A stretch of 64,000 bases of DNA from an uncultured Alphaproteobacteria bacterium (GTDB taxonomy: Bacteria; Pseudomonadota; Alphaproteobacteria; HIMB59; GCA-002718135). Position numbers and translations under genes: made by a program. How positions within the stretch are numbered: position 1 is the first letter of the stretch; each line of letters starts with the position of its first letter. The notes under the pieces were generated by a model. That model was not told where the DNA came from and ran no database searches. It saw only the letters and a list, made by a program, of their open reading frames with translations. Where the stretch lies: assembly GCA_902571865.1 (NCBI GenBank), contig CACGDO010000001.1, positions 7,453-71,452 of the forward strand, given 5' to 3'. Below are positions 1 to 9,830 of the stretch, piece by piece.

Positions 1-1602
1 TCCTGATTTAATATTATTTATAGCATTAACAATTGCTGCTCCATTTATATCAGTTGTAGCTGATGCTGCACTTGCTGATGTGTTAGGCACTTTTTCTGTG
101 TCCGTTGAAGAGATTTTTATATGTTCGTAATTAAGGCCAAATTCATTTGAAGCCACTAAAGCAAGTTTTGTCATTAATCCTTGACCCATTTCAATTCCTC
201 CATGATTTAAATGAATGGATCCATCAGTGTAGATATGAACTAAGGCACCACCTTGGTTTAAATGAGTAGTTGTAAATGATATTCCAAACTTTACAGGTGT
301 TATTGCTATTCCTTTTTTTAAAACTTTATTTTTTTTATTAAAATTATCAATTTCTATTATTCTTTTTTTGTAATTAGATTTTTTAATTAGTTTATTAAAA
401 ATATCTTCAATCACATTGTCAGTAATTTTCATCCCATAATGAGTAGTATTTTTATTTTTATCTTTATAAAAATTAATTTTTCTTATTTCACTTGCTTCTC
501 GATTTAATTTTTGGGCAATGTTTTCAATTATATTTTCAATACAAAACATTCCTTGAGGCCCACCAAATCCACGAAAAGCTGTATTAGAAACAGTATTTGT
601 TTTACATCTATAAGAATTAATTTCTATATTTGGTAAGAAGTAGGCATTATCTATATGATAGATGGCTCTATCATTTATAGCTCCTGATAAATCTGGAGAG
701 ATACCACATCTCGATGCCATCATTATTTTTAGAGCAAGTATTTCACCACTATTATTAAAACCTACTTCATAATCAAATAAAAAATCATGCCTTTTTCCAG
801 TCATGATCATATCATCATCTCTATCGACTCTTAACTTTACTGGTTTAGATAACTTTTTTGCTGCAATGCTTGTAATGGCTGCAAACAAAAAAGATTGTGT
901 TTCTTTTCCTCCAAAACCACCACCAATTCTTCTTACTATCACATGGATACTATTGTAATTTTGTTTAAGAACTTTACCAATAATTTGCTGTGTTTCTGAT
1001 GGATGTTGTGTTGAAGAATAAACTAAAAAATTATTATCTTCTTGTGGAATAGTCATTGCAATTTGACCTTCTAAATAAAAATGATCTTGACCTCCTGAAT
1101 ACAATTTACCTTTTAGAATGTTGTCAGATTTTTTAAACCCATCTTTTATATTTCCTCTAGTAAGATGCTTCGGTTTTAAAACAAATGATTTTTTCTTTAA
1201 TGCTTCTTCAATTGAAACGATTGGTTTAGATATTTTTAAGTCTATTTTTACTTTTAATGCAGCTTTTTTTGCTAAATTATTTGTCTTTGCTATAACTGCA
1301 AAAATTGGTTGCCCATAATATTCTATATTTTTTGAAGTAAATATTTTATCTCCCTTAAATATTGGCCCAACATCATTTATACCTTCAATATCTTTTTCAG
1401 TAATAATGTCTACTACACCTTCTGAAGATAAAACATCTTTATAATCAATTTTTTTTATTACTCCTTTACTGCAATTACTGTATCCAATTACTGCGTGAAG
1501 TAAATTTTTAGGCTCTGATATATCATCAGTATAAATTGCTTTTCCAGTAACATGTTTTACTGCACTTTCATGTTCAATATTTTTTGTAAATATTTTATCC
1601 AT
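1..1602 (-). CDS. xdhB: xanthine dehydrogenase molybdopterin-binding large subunit, N-terminal 534 codons; gene runs off the left edge
   Basis: Absent from the ORF track because there is no stop in the window. My own minus-strand translation from the ATG at 1602..1600 reads MDKIFTKNIEHESAVKHVTGKAIYTDD ... HVIVRRIGGGFGGKE ... AFRGFGGPQGMF. The segments I translated are in frame with this ATG and I noticed no in-frame stop. The ATG overlaps the xdhA stop (TAATG). Confidence 0.85.
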   Translation of the reverse strand, partial: MDKIFTKNIEHESAVKHVTGKAIYTDDISEPKNLLHAVIGYSNCSKGVIKKIDYKDVLSSEGVVDIITEKDIEGINDVGPIFKGDKIFTSKNIEYYGQPIFAVIAKTNNLAKKAALKVKIDLKISKPIVSIEEALKKKSFVLKPKHLTRGNIKDGFKKSDNILKGKLYSGGQDHFYLEGQIAMTIPQEDNNFLVYSSTQHPSETQQIIGKVLKQNYNSIHVIVRRIGGGFGGKETQSFLFAAITSIAAKKLSKPVKLRVDRDDDMIMTGKRHDFLFDYEVGFNNSGEILALKIMMASRCGISPDLSGAINDRAIYHIDNAYFLPNIEINSYRCKTNTVSNTAFRGFGGPQGMFCIENIIENIAQKLNREASEIRKINFYKDKNKNTTHYGMKITDNVIEDIFNKLIKKSNYKKRIIEIDNFNKKNKVLKKGIAITPVKFGISFTTTHLNQGGALVHIYTDGSIHLNHGGIEMGQGLMTKLALVASNEFGLNYEHIKISSTDTEKVPNTSASAASATTDINGAAIVNAINNIKSG

Positions 1603-3017
1603 TAATATAACGTTGATTTAATTTTATTATTTTCATTTAAAAACCTCTCTAAAAGGTTTTGACTAATTTTAGTTCTATAATTTTTTGACGCTCTCATATC
1701 ATCTATTGGATCAAATTCTTTTTTAATAATTTTCTTTGCTTCATTAATATTTTCTTCATTAAATATTTTATTCAATAAAAATTTTTGTGCTTTTTCAGCT
1801 ATTTTTGGAGTTTCTGCCAAACCTCCACAAACAATTTTTATTTCTTTAATAATATTTTTTTCAATCCTAGCATTTATAGCCATGAAAACAGAACTTATGT
1901 CATCATCTATTCTTTTTGAAATTTTATAACATTTAAGAATATTTTTTTTATAAATGGGTATTATAATTTCTTTAATTATTTCATTAGGTTTTAATTTAGT
2001 TTTTCGATAGCTGAGAAAATAATTATCCAATAATAAAGTTTTTTTAACTTTTCCTTGAATTACAATTTTACTATTGAGTGCAATTAACACAGGCAAACTA
2101 TCACCTATTGGAGATGCGCTTCCAATGTTACCTCCAAGAGATGCAGTATTTCTTATTTGCTCAGATCCGTATCTTTCAAACATTTTAGCAAATGTTGGAT
2201 AAATATTTTCTAAAATTGGTAAAATATCATTTATGGGGGTAGCGGATCCAATGTGTAAATTATTGTTTTTATTTTTAACATAATTTAAATCATTATTTGA
2301 TCCTAAATAAAAAATATTTTTTAAATCTTTTCTTTTTTTTGTTACTTCAAGAGCGAGATCTGTACCCCCGACTAGTAAATGTCCATTACTAATCTTTTGA
2401 TAGTCTTTTATTAGAGAATTTAAATTATAATGGATGAAAAACTTAGAATCATTTTTTTTAATAACAATATCAGTTTTCTTAATTGATTTTAATAATCTAA
2501 TAACTTTACTTTTTGAAAATTTATTACTTTTATAGCTATACATATTCTTAATTGCATTTTTAATTGGAAGATAACCTGTACATCTACATAAATTTCCTGA
2601 AAGAAATTTATCTATATTTTCTTCTGTTGGTTTTATTTTGTTTTCGTACATATTGTACATTGACATAATAATACCAGGTGTACAAAAACCACATTGAGAT
2701 CCATCACTATCAATCATTGATTGTTGAACAGGATGAAGTTTATTTTTTTTTATATGTTCAACCGTTATTAATTGCTTGCCATGGAGAGAGTACAAAAAAG
2801 TAATACAAGTATTTATACTTTTATAAGAAATTTTATTCTCTTTTAATTCTCCTACAACTGCAGTACATGCTCCGCAATCACCAGATGCGCAACCTTCTTT
2901 TGTTCCAGTTAACTCATGATTGTTTCGAAGATAATTTAAGACCGTTGTATTTGTGTCTAAATCTTTGATAGAGATTTTTTCTTCATTAAGAAGAAAATCG
3001 ACATGCGCTTTAGACAC
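1602..3017 (-). CDS. xdhA: xanthine dehydrogenase small subunit (2Fe-2S plus FAD-binding domains)
   Basis: 471 aa. It has the Fe-S motifs CASGDCGACT, CGFCTPG and CRCTGY, followed by a flavoprotein-type half. The GTG start shares 1 nt with the uraH stop. Confidence 0.85.
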   Translation of the reverse strand: MSKAHVDFLLNEEKISIKDLDTNTTVLNYLRNNHELTGTKEGCASGDCGACTAVVGELKENKISYKSINTCITFLYSLHGKQLITVEHIKKNKLHPVQQSMIDSDGSQCGFCTPGIIMSMYNMYENKIKPTEENIDKFLSGNLCRCTGYLPIKNAIKNMYSYKSNKFSKSKVIRLLKSIKKTDIVIKKNDSKFFIHYNLNSLIKDYQKISNGHLLVGGTDLALEVTKKRKDLKNIFYLGSNNDLNYVKNKNNNLHIGSATPINDILPILENIYPTFAKMFERYGSEQIRNTASLGGNIGSASPIGDSLPVLIALNSKIVIQGKVKKTLLLDNYFLSYRKTKLKPNEIIKEIIIPIYKKNILKCYKISKRIDDDISSVFMAINARIEKNIIKEIKIVCGGLAETPKIAEKAQKFLLNKIFNEENINEAKKIIKKEFDPIDDMRASKNYRTKISQNLLERFLNENNKIKSTLY

Positions 3018-3370
3018 TAGCTTCCTCTATATGTTGAATAACTCCACGGGGTAATAAGAAGAGGTACATGGTAGTGCTCTTCTTTGTTAATTCCAAATCT
3101 AATTATTACGTCATCAAGAAAAAATGGTTCATCAAGATTTGTAAATTCCTTAAAATAACTCCCGCAAAGAAATAATAACTCATATTTTCCAAGTATAAAA
3201 TTCTCTTTACTTAGTATAGGCTCATCACATCTGCCATCTTCATTGAGAATGAAATTTGAAATTTTAACTTTATTTTCACCATCAATTTTGAAAAGTGACC
3301 CTTTTATACCAGTACCAGGCTTACCATTATAGGTATCCAAAACATGAGTAGTTAAATATCCTTTAGACAT
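3017..3370 (-). CDS. uraH: 5-hydroxyisourate hydrolase (transthyretin-like)
   Basis: 117 aa. The C-terminal signature is HYHVPLLITPWSYSTYRGS, with the terminal YRGS. Confidence 0.85.
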   Translation of the reverse strand: MSKGYLTTHVLDTYNGKPGTGIKGSLFKIDGENKVKISNFILNEDGRCDEPILSKENFILGKYELLFLCGSYFKEFTNLDEPFFLDDVIIRFGINKEEHYHVPLLITPWSYSTYRGS

Positions 3371-3391
3371 AATACATATTCGTTTATACAG

Positions 3392-3405
3392 TATTTAGCT
3401 AAATA
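3392..3405. promoter_or_regulatory. perfect 14-bp palindrome TATTTAGCTAAATA in the 52-bp divergent uraH/puuE spacer; candidate operator
   Basis: I checked it base by base: 3392-3398 pairs with 3399-3405. It sits where both purine-catabolic promoters must lie. Confidence 0.3.
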
Positions 3406-3422
3406 TTAAATCAAGCATTTTT

Positions 3423-4334
3423 ATGAAAGACGACAGAAATTATAAAGGTTATGGAAATAATGACTCTAACTTTTATTGGCCTAATAAATCAAAACTAGCT
3501 CTTCAATTTGTTCTAAATTATGAGGAAGGTGCTGAAAATTCAATAATGAATGGTGACGAAGGATCAGAAACTTTTTTATCGGAAATAATTAATGCAAAGC
3601 AAATAATAGGTGCCAGAAATATGAATATGGAATCAATATATGAGTATGGCTCAAGAAGGGGCTTTTGGAGAATACATAATGAGTTTGAAAAAAGAAAATT
3701 ACCTTTAACAATATTTGGCGTTGGCGTGGCTTTAGAAAAAAATCCTGATGTTTGTGAACAAATAATTAAATCAAAGTATGAAGTAGCTAGCCATGGTTAT
3801 CGATGGATAGACTATCAAAATATAACTGAGGAAGTTGAAAAAGAACATACAATAAAATGTAACAACATTATTAAAGATATTTTTGGTTATTTTCCATCTG
3901 GCTGGTATACCGGTAGAACAAGCCCAAATACAAGAAACATAATTTTAGAAAATACAAATATTATTTACGATAGTGACTCCTATGCTGATGATTTACCCTA
4001 CTGGATAAAAGTAAAAAATAAAAAACATCTAATTGTTCCATACACTCTAGATAATAATGATATGAGATTCTCTACCTTACAAGGTTTTAACACAGGTGAG
4101 GATTTTTATAATTACTTAAAAAACTCATTTGATACATTATACAGAGAAGCAAACGAGTTCAATAAACCAAAAATGATGAGTGTGGGTTTACATTGTCGTT
4201 TAATAGCCAGACCTGGAAGATTTATGTCTTTGGTAAAATTTTTGAATTATGTTTCTGGTTATAATGATATTTGGATATGCAAAAGAGAGGAAATTGCCAA
4301 TTATTGGTATGAAAATTTTAGTGATGAAAATTGA
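3423..4334 (+). CDS. puuE: allantoinase, PuuE type (polysaccharide deacetylase fold)
   Basis: 303 aa. The strings ALQFVLNYEEGAEN, MESIYEYGSRRGFWRI, IVPYTLDNNDMRF and GLHCRLIARPGR are collinear with PuuE allantoinases as I remember them. Confidence 0.8.
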   Translation: MKDDRNYKGYGNNDSNFYWPNKSKLALQFVLNYEEGAENSIMNGDEGSETFLSEIINAKQIIGARNMNMESIYEYGSRRGFWRIHNEFEKRKLPLTIFGVGVALEKNPDVCEQIIKSKYEVASHGYRWIDYQNITEEVEKEHTIKCNNIIKDIFGYFPSGWYTGRTSPNTRNIILENTNIIYDSDSYADDLPYWIKVKNKKHLIVPYTLDNNDMRFSTLQGFNTGEDFYNYLKNSFDTLYREANEFNKPKMMSVGLHCRLIARPGRFMSLVKFLNYVSGYNDIWICKREEIANYWYENFSDEN

Positions 4335-4833
4335 AGATATTAATAATTATAACTCTGAAAAATTTATTGATTCTTTTAAAAATATTTATGAAGAATCTAA
4401 ATTTATAACAGAACATGCTGATAAAAAACGACCATTTAAAAATAAAAAAGAAATGATATTCATATTTTTAGAGTTGTTTGATAATTTAGATGAAGAAACT
4501 AAAATAAATATAATTAAAAAACATCCTGATCTAGCCGATAAAATAAAAATAAATAAAGGTTTGTCTGAATTATCTGATGAAGAACAAAGTAGGTCTGGTT
4601 TAAAAGATTGTTCAGAACAAGAATTTAACTTATTTAAAGATTTAAATTCAAGATTTAAAAATAAATTTAATATTCCATTTATTTTTGCAGTTAGAAATAA
4701 AAATAAAAATGAAATTATAACAGAGTTCAAAAGTAGATTAGGCAATAATGATTTAAACTTAGAAATTAAAACTTCAATTTCACAAGTAAAAGAAATTGCA
4801 AAATTAAGATTAACAGAATTAATTAATGAATAA
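4324..4833 (+). CDS. uraD: 2-oxo-4-hydroxy-4-carboxy-5-ureidoimidazoline (OHCU) decarboxylase
   Basis: It has the HPDLA motif and the size typical of OHCU decarboxylases. I prefer the ATG at 4324 (MKIEDINN...), which overlaps the puuE end by 11 nt. The track start at 4249 lies inside puuE. Confidence 0.75.
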   Translation: MKIEDINNYNSEKFIDSFKNIYEESKFITEHADKKRPFKNKKEMIFIFLELFDNLDEETKINIIKKHPDLADKIKINKGLSELSDEEQSRSGLKDCSEQEFNLFKDLNSRFKNKFNIPFIFAVRNKNKNEIITEFKSRLGNNDLNLEIKTSISQVKEIAKLRLTELINE

Positions 4834-5803
4834 GAAATACATTCAAAAAAATTATATAAACTTATGTAGTAAGGTTTTAGGTACAAAAATTCATAGATTT
4901 TCTGATCAGTTTTTTGGATCAGCATCCAGATTGCTTAAAGAGGAACAGCCAATTTTTAAAGAAGGAGTTTACGATAAAAATGGGAAATGGATGGATGGAT
5001 GGGAAACAAGAAGAAAAAGAATTGAAGGAAATGATTATGTTACTATTAAATTAGGCCTTCCTGGTAAAATTAATTTTGCTGAAATAGACACAAGCTATTT
5101 TAATGGCAATCAACCTGAATACGCAAGCATTGATGCTTGTTATTTTGAAAAAAATAAATTTAATTGGGTTAATATTTTATCAAAAAGGAAACTGCATCCA
5201 AATTATCTTCATGGTTTTAAAACTCAACAGAATAATAAAGTTTTTAACTTCATAAGATTGAACATCTATCCAGATGGAGGAGTTGCAAGATTAAAATTAT
5301 TAGGAAATCTAGATGTATCAAAATTAAATTTTTCAAATAAAAAATTTGATTTACTTAGCATCCTTAATGGTTCAAAAATTGTGGCATGTAGTGATGAACA
5401 TTTTGGAAGGGCAGAAAATTTATTACTTCCATTTAAATCTAAAAATATGGGAAATGGTTGGGAAACTAAAAGAAGAAGAGGATCAGGATATGACTGGGTT
5501 ATAATTAAACTTGGCAAACCTGGTTTAATTGAAAAGTTTAATATTGAAACTCATTATTTTAAAGGTAATTATCCGTCTCATTGCACAGTACAAGGTCTTT
5601 ATTCAATAAAAAATATAAATATAAGCAAATTAATAAATGAAAGCAAAAATTGGAAATTTTTAATAAAAAATAAAAATCTTAAACCTAATTCATCATTAAA
5701 AATTAATTCATCTAAACACATTAAAAAAATAAATTATTTGAAGTTAAATATTTATCCTGACGGTGGTATTTCACGGATCAGGGCAATTGGAAAGTTTTTG
5801 TGA
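4826..5803 (+). CDS. alc: allantoicase
   Basis: 325 aa with two internal repeats. Each repeat carries GWET(R/K)RRR and NIYPDGG(V/I)(A/S)R motifs. Confidence 0.85.
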   Translation: MNKKYIQKNYINLCSKVLGTKIHRFSDQFFGSASRLLKEEQPIFKEGVYDKNGKWMDGWETRRKRIEGNDYVTIKLGLPGKINFAEIDTSYFNGNQPEYASIDACYFEKNKFNWVNILSKRKLHPNYLHGFKTQQNNKVFNFIRLNIYPDGGVARLKLLGNLDVSKLNFSNKKFDLLSILNGSKIVACSDEHFGRAENLLLPFKSKNMGNGWETKRRRGSGYDWVIIKLGKPGLIEKFNIETHYFKGNYPSHCTVQGLYSIKNINISKLINESKNWKFLIKNKNLKPNSSLKINSSKHIKKINYLKLNIYPDGGISRIRAIGKFL

Positions 5804-6294
5804 ACTATAAAATAAAGAATATTAGTAAAGAGAATTTCAAAAATTATGGTGATTTAATTACAACATCTAATAAAAATTATGAAAGTATTAATAAAGATAC
5901 AACCGATAGTTTTTTTGATTTAGCAAATATTCAAATAATTGGTGATGACAAAAGATCTAGATTAAATATTTTTCAGGCAAAGAAAAGAAACTTTCCATTA
6001 AAAATTAACATGTTAGAAAATCACCCCTTTAGCTCTCAAGTATTTCTTCCGTTTAATGCTACAGGTTTTTTAGTTTTAGTTGCTCCAATTGGTAACAAAC
6101 CTAAAATTGATTTAATTGAAATATTCAAAGTAAGCGGTGGTGATGGTATAAATTTTAATCCCAAAGTATGGCATTTTCCTCTAATATCTCTTGAGAATGA
6201 AAAATATATTACCATTGATAAAAAAGATGCGGATAATAATATTGAGATTTATAATTTTGAACAATCAGAAATATTTGAATTAAATTATGAGTGA
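5800..6294 (+). CDS. allA: ureidoglycolate lyase
   Basis: 164 aa. It has an NHPFSSQVFLP motif and cupin-like size. Its start overlaps alc by 4 nt. Confidence 0.75.
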   Translation: MNYKIKNISKENFKNYGDLITTSNKNYESINKDTTDSFFDLANIQIIGDDKRSRLNIFQAKKRNFPLKINMLENHPFSSQVFLPFNATGFLVLVAPIGNKPKIDLIEIFKVSGGDGINFNPKVWHFPLISLENEKYITIDKKDADNNIEIYNFEQSEIFELNYE

Positions 6295-7792
6295 TACAAT
6301 ATTAAATATAGAAAATATTACAAAATCTTTTCCAAGAGTAATTGCAAATAAAAAGGTTACTTTTGATATTAAAAAAAATGCAGTTCATGCAATTTTAGGA
6401 GAAAATGGAGCAGGGAAATCTACGTTGGTAAAAATTCTATATGGTCTCTTAGAACCAGATGAAGGAAATATTAAATTAAATAATAAGGATTTTAAAGTTA
6501 ATTCCCCAGCAGAAGCAAGGAAACAAGGAATAGGAATGGTATTTCAGCATTTTTCTTTATTTGATTCTTTATCAGTAAAAGAAAATTTAATTTTAGGAAT
6601 TGATGAAAAGATGTCTTATTCAGATTTAGAAAATAAGCTAGAAAATATAAGCTCAAGATATAATCTTCCCTTAGATTTAGATGCTCCAATTACCGCTTTA
6701 TCAGCTGGAGAAAAGCAGCGTGTAGAAATTGTAAGAATTTTATTACAAGACCCTCAGATACTTATTATGGATGAGCCAACTTCAGTGTTAACACCACAAG
6801 AAGTTGAAAGTTTATTTGTAACATTAAATGCACTCGTAAAAGAAGGTCGTACAATATTATATATCACTCATAAACTCGAAGAAGTAATATCAATATGTGA
6901 TACAGTTACTATAATGAGAAGTGGTGAAATTATAGACACTTCAAGTACTGCAAATCAAACTGCAAAAACACTTGCAACAAAAATGCTAGGACAAAAATTA
7001 GATGACTTAAAAACTAATTATGAGCATATAAAAGATGAAGTTAACTTTGAAGTAAAAAATATTTCATGTGATTTTAATGATCCGTTTTTAACAGATCTTA
7101 AAAATATTTCTTTTCAAGTTAGAGTGGGTGAAATTTATGGCATTGCTGGAGTTGCTGGTAATGGACAATCAGAATTAATGGATATTTTAACAGGAGAAAA
7201 TATAAATATTAAATCTGGATCAATTACTTTTGATAATAAAAAAATTGAAAAGTATGGGCCACAAAAAAGAAGAGATTTATCTATTTCTTTTGTTCCGGAG
7301 AATAGATTGGGTCATAGTGCAGTACCTGAGTTAAGTTTGTCTGAAAATATTCTTTTGAGTCAATTTCCAAAAAATAATTTTATTAAAAATGGCATAATAT
7401 TGAAAAATAACGTTGATGATTTTGCTAATAATGTAATTAATGAATTTAAAGTTATTACTCCTGGTAATGATACTAAAGCATCAAGTTTATCTGGAGGAAA
7501 TTTACAAAAATATGTCATTGGTAGAGAAATATCATCTAAGCCAAAAATATTAATTATTTCACATCCAACTTGGGGGATAGATGCCGGTGCTGAGCATTCC
7601 ATAAGAGAGTCTTTGATAAAATTATCTCAAAATGGAACGTCTATAATTGTTATTTCTCAAGATTTAGATGAGTTGATTGAAATTACTCATAAAATATCTG
7701 TTATTTATGATGGTAATTTATCCAAACCTTTTAAAACTAGTGAAATAGAAATAGAAAAATTAGGATTATTGATGGGTGGAAAAAATGAATAG
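6287..7792 (+). CDS. ABC transporter ATP-binding protein, duplicated ATPase (BMP/nucleoside-type importer)
   Basis: 501 aa. It has Walker A GENGAGKST, signature LSAGEKQR and Walker B LIMDEPT. A second half carries LSGGNLQK. Confidence 0.85.
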   Translation: MSDTILNIENITKSFPRVIANKKVTFDIKKNAVHAILGENGAGKSTLVKILYGLLEPDEGNIKLNNKDFKVNSPAEARKQGIGMVFQHFSLFDSLSVKENLILGIDEKMSYSDLENKLENISSRYNLPLDLDAPITALSAGEKQRVEIVRILLQDPQILIMDEPTSVLTPQEVESLFVTLNALVKEGRTILYITHKLEEVISICDTVTIMRSGEIIDTSSTANQTAKTLATKMLGQKLDDLKTNYEHIKDEVNFEVKNISCDFNDPFLTDLKNISFQVRVGEIYGIAGVAGNGQSELMDILTGENINIKSGSITFDNKKIEKYGPQKRRDLSISFVPENRLGHSAVPELSLSENILLSQFPKNNFIKNGIILKNNVDDFANNVINEFKVITPGNDTKASSLSGGNLQKYVIGREISSKPKILIISHPTWGIDAGAEHSIRESLIKLSQNGTSIIVISQDLDELIEITHKISVIYDGNLSKPFKTSEIEIEKLGLLMGGKNE

Positions 7793-8858
7793 TTTATTTC
7801 CTTCTATAGTTTCTCGCTCACAGAGCTCGGGTTTAATGAATTTTTTTGTTCCTATAATATCTATTGTTCTAACCTTAATCACAGGTTCAATTATTTTTGT
7901 TCTTCTTGGTTTTGATCCAGTTTATGCATTGTATACATTTTTTATTTCACCTATTTCTTCAACCTACGGTATTTCTGAATTGTTTGTAAAAGCAACTCCT
8001 TTAGCCTTAATTGCAATTGGTCTCTCATATTGTTTTAAGAATAATATTTATAATATTGGAGCTGAAGGACAACTTACCATGGGTGCAATTTTTGGTGGAG
8101 GTATTGGAATATTATTTCATGATACAAATGCTTTCTGGTTGTTGCCATTAATGATTTTTGCAGGAGCAATTGGAGGAGCATTGTGGGGTTTAGTACCTGC
8201 AATTTTAAAAACAAAATTTAATACAAATGAAATTTTAACAAGTTTAATGTTAGTTTATGTTGCTTTATTTATTTTAGATTATTTAGTAGTGGGGCCTTGG
8301 AAAGATCCATTTGGTTATAGTTTTCCTAAATCAAGACCATTTAGTGAATCTGGAAGAATGCCACTATTATTTGATGGTTTGAGAGTGCACTTTGGACTAA
8401 TTATAACGCTATTTTTAATTTTTGTATCTTGGTTTATATTTTCAAAAACTATTTTTGGCTTTCAATTAAAAGTATCTGGTTACAGCCCCAAAGCTGCTAG
8501 ATATGCTGGTTTCAATCAAACAACTTTAGTTTTTTTTGCTTTTGCAATTTGTGGCGCTTTTGCAGGTATTGCAGGTTTAGCTGAAGTATCTGGCCCAATT
8601 GGATTATTATATAGAGATATTTCTCCAAATTATGGATTTACTGCAATTATTGTTGCTTTTTTAGGTAGACTTCACCCAATTGGTATTATTTTTGCTTCTT
8701 TAGTTATCGCTCTTACTTATCTTGGTGCTGAAGATGCACAATTGTTTTTACAAATACCTTCAGCGGTAGGTTTTATATTTCAGGGTTTGGTTTTATTTTA
8801 TTTATTAGGTGCGGAATTACTAATTAACTATAAATTAACTTACAAAAAATTATTATGA
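7776..8858 (+). CDS. ABC transporter permease
   Basis: 360 aa and polytopic. It is translationally overlapped with the ATPase and the next permease. Confidence 0.8.
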   Translation: MEKMNSLFPSIVSRSQSSGLMNFFVPIISIVLTLITGSIIFVLLGFDPVYALYTFFISPISSTYGISELFVKATPLALIAIGLSYCFKNNIYNIGAEGQLTMGAIFGGGIGILFHDTNAFWLLPLMIFAGAIGGALWGLVPAILKTKFNTNEILTSLMLVYVALFILDYLVVGPWKDPFGYSFPKSRPFSESGRMPLLFDGLRVHFGLIITLFLIFVSWFIFSKTIFGFQLKVSGYSPKAARYAGFNQTTLVFFAFAICGAFAGIAGLAEVSGPIGLLYRDISPNYGFTAIIVAFLGRLHPIGIIFASLVIALTYLGAEDAQLFLQIPSAVGFIFQGLVLFYLLGAELLINYKLTYKKLL

Positions 8859-9724
8859 ATTTAGATTTAATACTTGGAATATTACAAATTGTTTTAATTG
8901 CAACAACACCTCTAGTTTTTGCTGGTATAGGTGAGTTAGTTACAGAAAAATCTGGAGTATTAAATTTAGGTGTAGAAGGAATGATGTTGGTAGGAGCAGT
9001 GTCCGCTTTTATTATCTTAGTAATTACCGGAAGTTATTTTTTAGCTTTTTTTGTATCTATATTATCTGGAATTATCATGTCTGGTTTATTTGCTTTTCTT
9101 GTTCTATTTTTAATGTCAAATCAAATTGCTACAGGATTAGCATTAACTATTTTTGGAATAGGTCTTAGTTCGATGCTTGGTAAACAATATATTGGAACAC
9201 CAATTGATGGTCTGTCACCATGGTTTTTTGTTATATTTTCTTTCTTAATTGTTTTTTTGGTTAGTTATTTTTTTTATAAAACTAAAGTTGGTTTGATTTT
9301 AAGAGCAGTAGGGGAATCCCATAATTCTGCACATGCTTTAGGATATAGCGTTATTAAAATTAGATTTTTATCAATTTTATTTGGAGGTTCTATGTGTGCT
9401 CTTGCAGGATCATATATTTCAATTTGTTATGCTCCAATGTGGCAAGAAGGTATGACAGCTGGACGTGGATGGATAGCGTTAGCATTAGTTGTATTTGCAA
9501 CTTGGAAACCAGAAAGAGTACTTATTGGAGCTTATATATTTGGAGGTGTTACTATTCTTCAAATGAATCTTCAGGCTTTAGGATTAAGATTTCCTGGTCA
9601 ATTTTTCAGTATGGCTCCATATGTTGCAACTATTATAGTTTTAGTGTTAATTTCTAGTAATAAATTAAGAATAAAACTTAGTGCACCAGCTTCATTAACT
9701 ATTCCTTTTTATAAAGGCAGATAA
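8855..9724 (+). CDS. ABC transporter permease
   Basis: 289 aa and polytopic. Its start overlaps the preceding permease by 4 nt. Confidence 0.8.
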   Translation: MNLDLILGILQIVLIATTPLVFAGIGELVTEKSGVLNLGVEGMMLVGAVSAFIILVITGSYFLAFFVSILSGIIMSGLFAFLVLFLMSNQIATGLALTIFGIGLSSMLGKQYIGTPIDGLSPWFFVIFSFLIVFLVSYFFYKTKVGLILRAVGESHNSAHALGYSVIKIRFLSILFGGSMCALAGSYISICYAPMWQEGMTAGRGWIALALVVFATWKPERVLIGAYIFGGVTILQMNLQALGLRFPGQFFSMAPYVATIIVLVLISSNKLRIKLSAPASLTIPFYKGR

Positions 9725-9830
9725 ATATCCACTTCTTTTTTTCTATAATCATATAGATTTATTGATCAAACCTATTTGTATATATTAAGTATACAGTTGA
9801 GTAATCGTTATATTAGCAGGTGAGGTTAAA

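Noticed and set aside
1118-1318. 66-aa plus-strand ORF, the only track entry in the first 1.6 kb
   Set aside because: The minus strand carries the in-frame xdhB N-terminal region (GGGFGGKE and FRGFGGPQG motifs). The track missed it only because it lacks a stop in the window.
4249-4323. Longer N-terminal extensions offered by the track: uraD 4249, serA 17829, nucleoside hydrolase 25369, GT 38902, GCH II 41570, acylphosphatase 45849, DMT 45714, ssb 54512, coaD 57775 and lipoprotein 20736
   Set aside because: The extensions overlap the preceding gene or add hydrophobic or odd residues ahead of well-known conserved N-termini. I chose internal ATGs instead. These choices remain unverified without RBS or proteomic data.
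4386-4925. 179-aa minus-strand ORF in the supplied track
   Set aside because: It is entirely antisense to uraD and the alc start, which have clear family motifs. Its sequence is low-complexity and rich in Leu, Ser and Phe, typical of the shadow frame of AT-rich genes.
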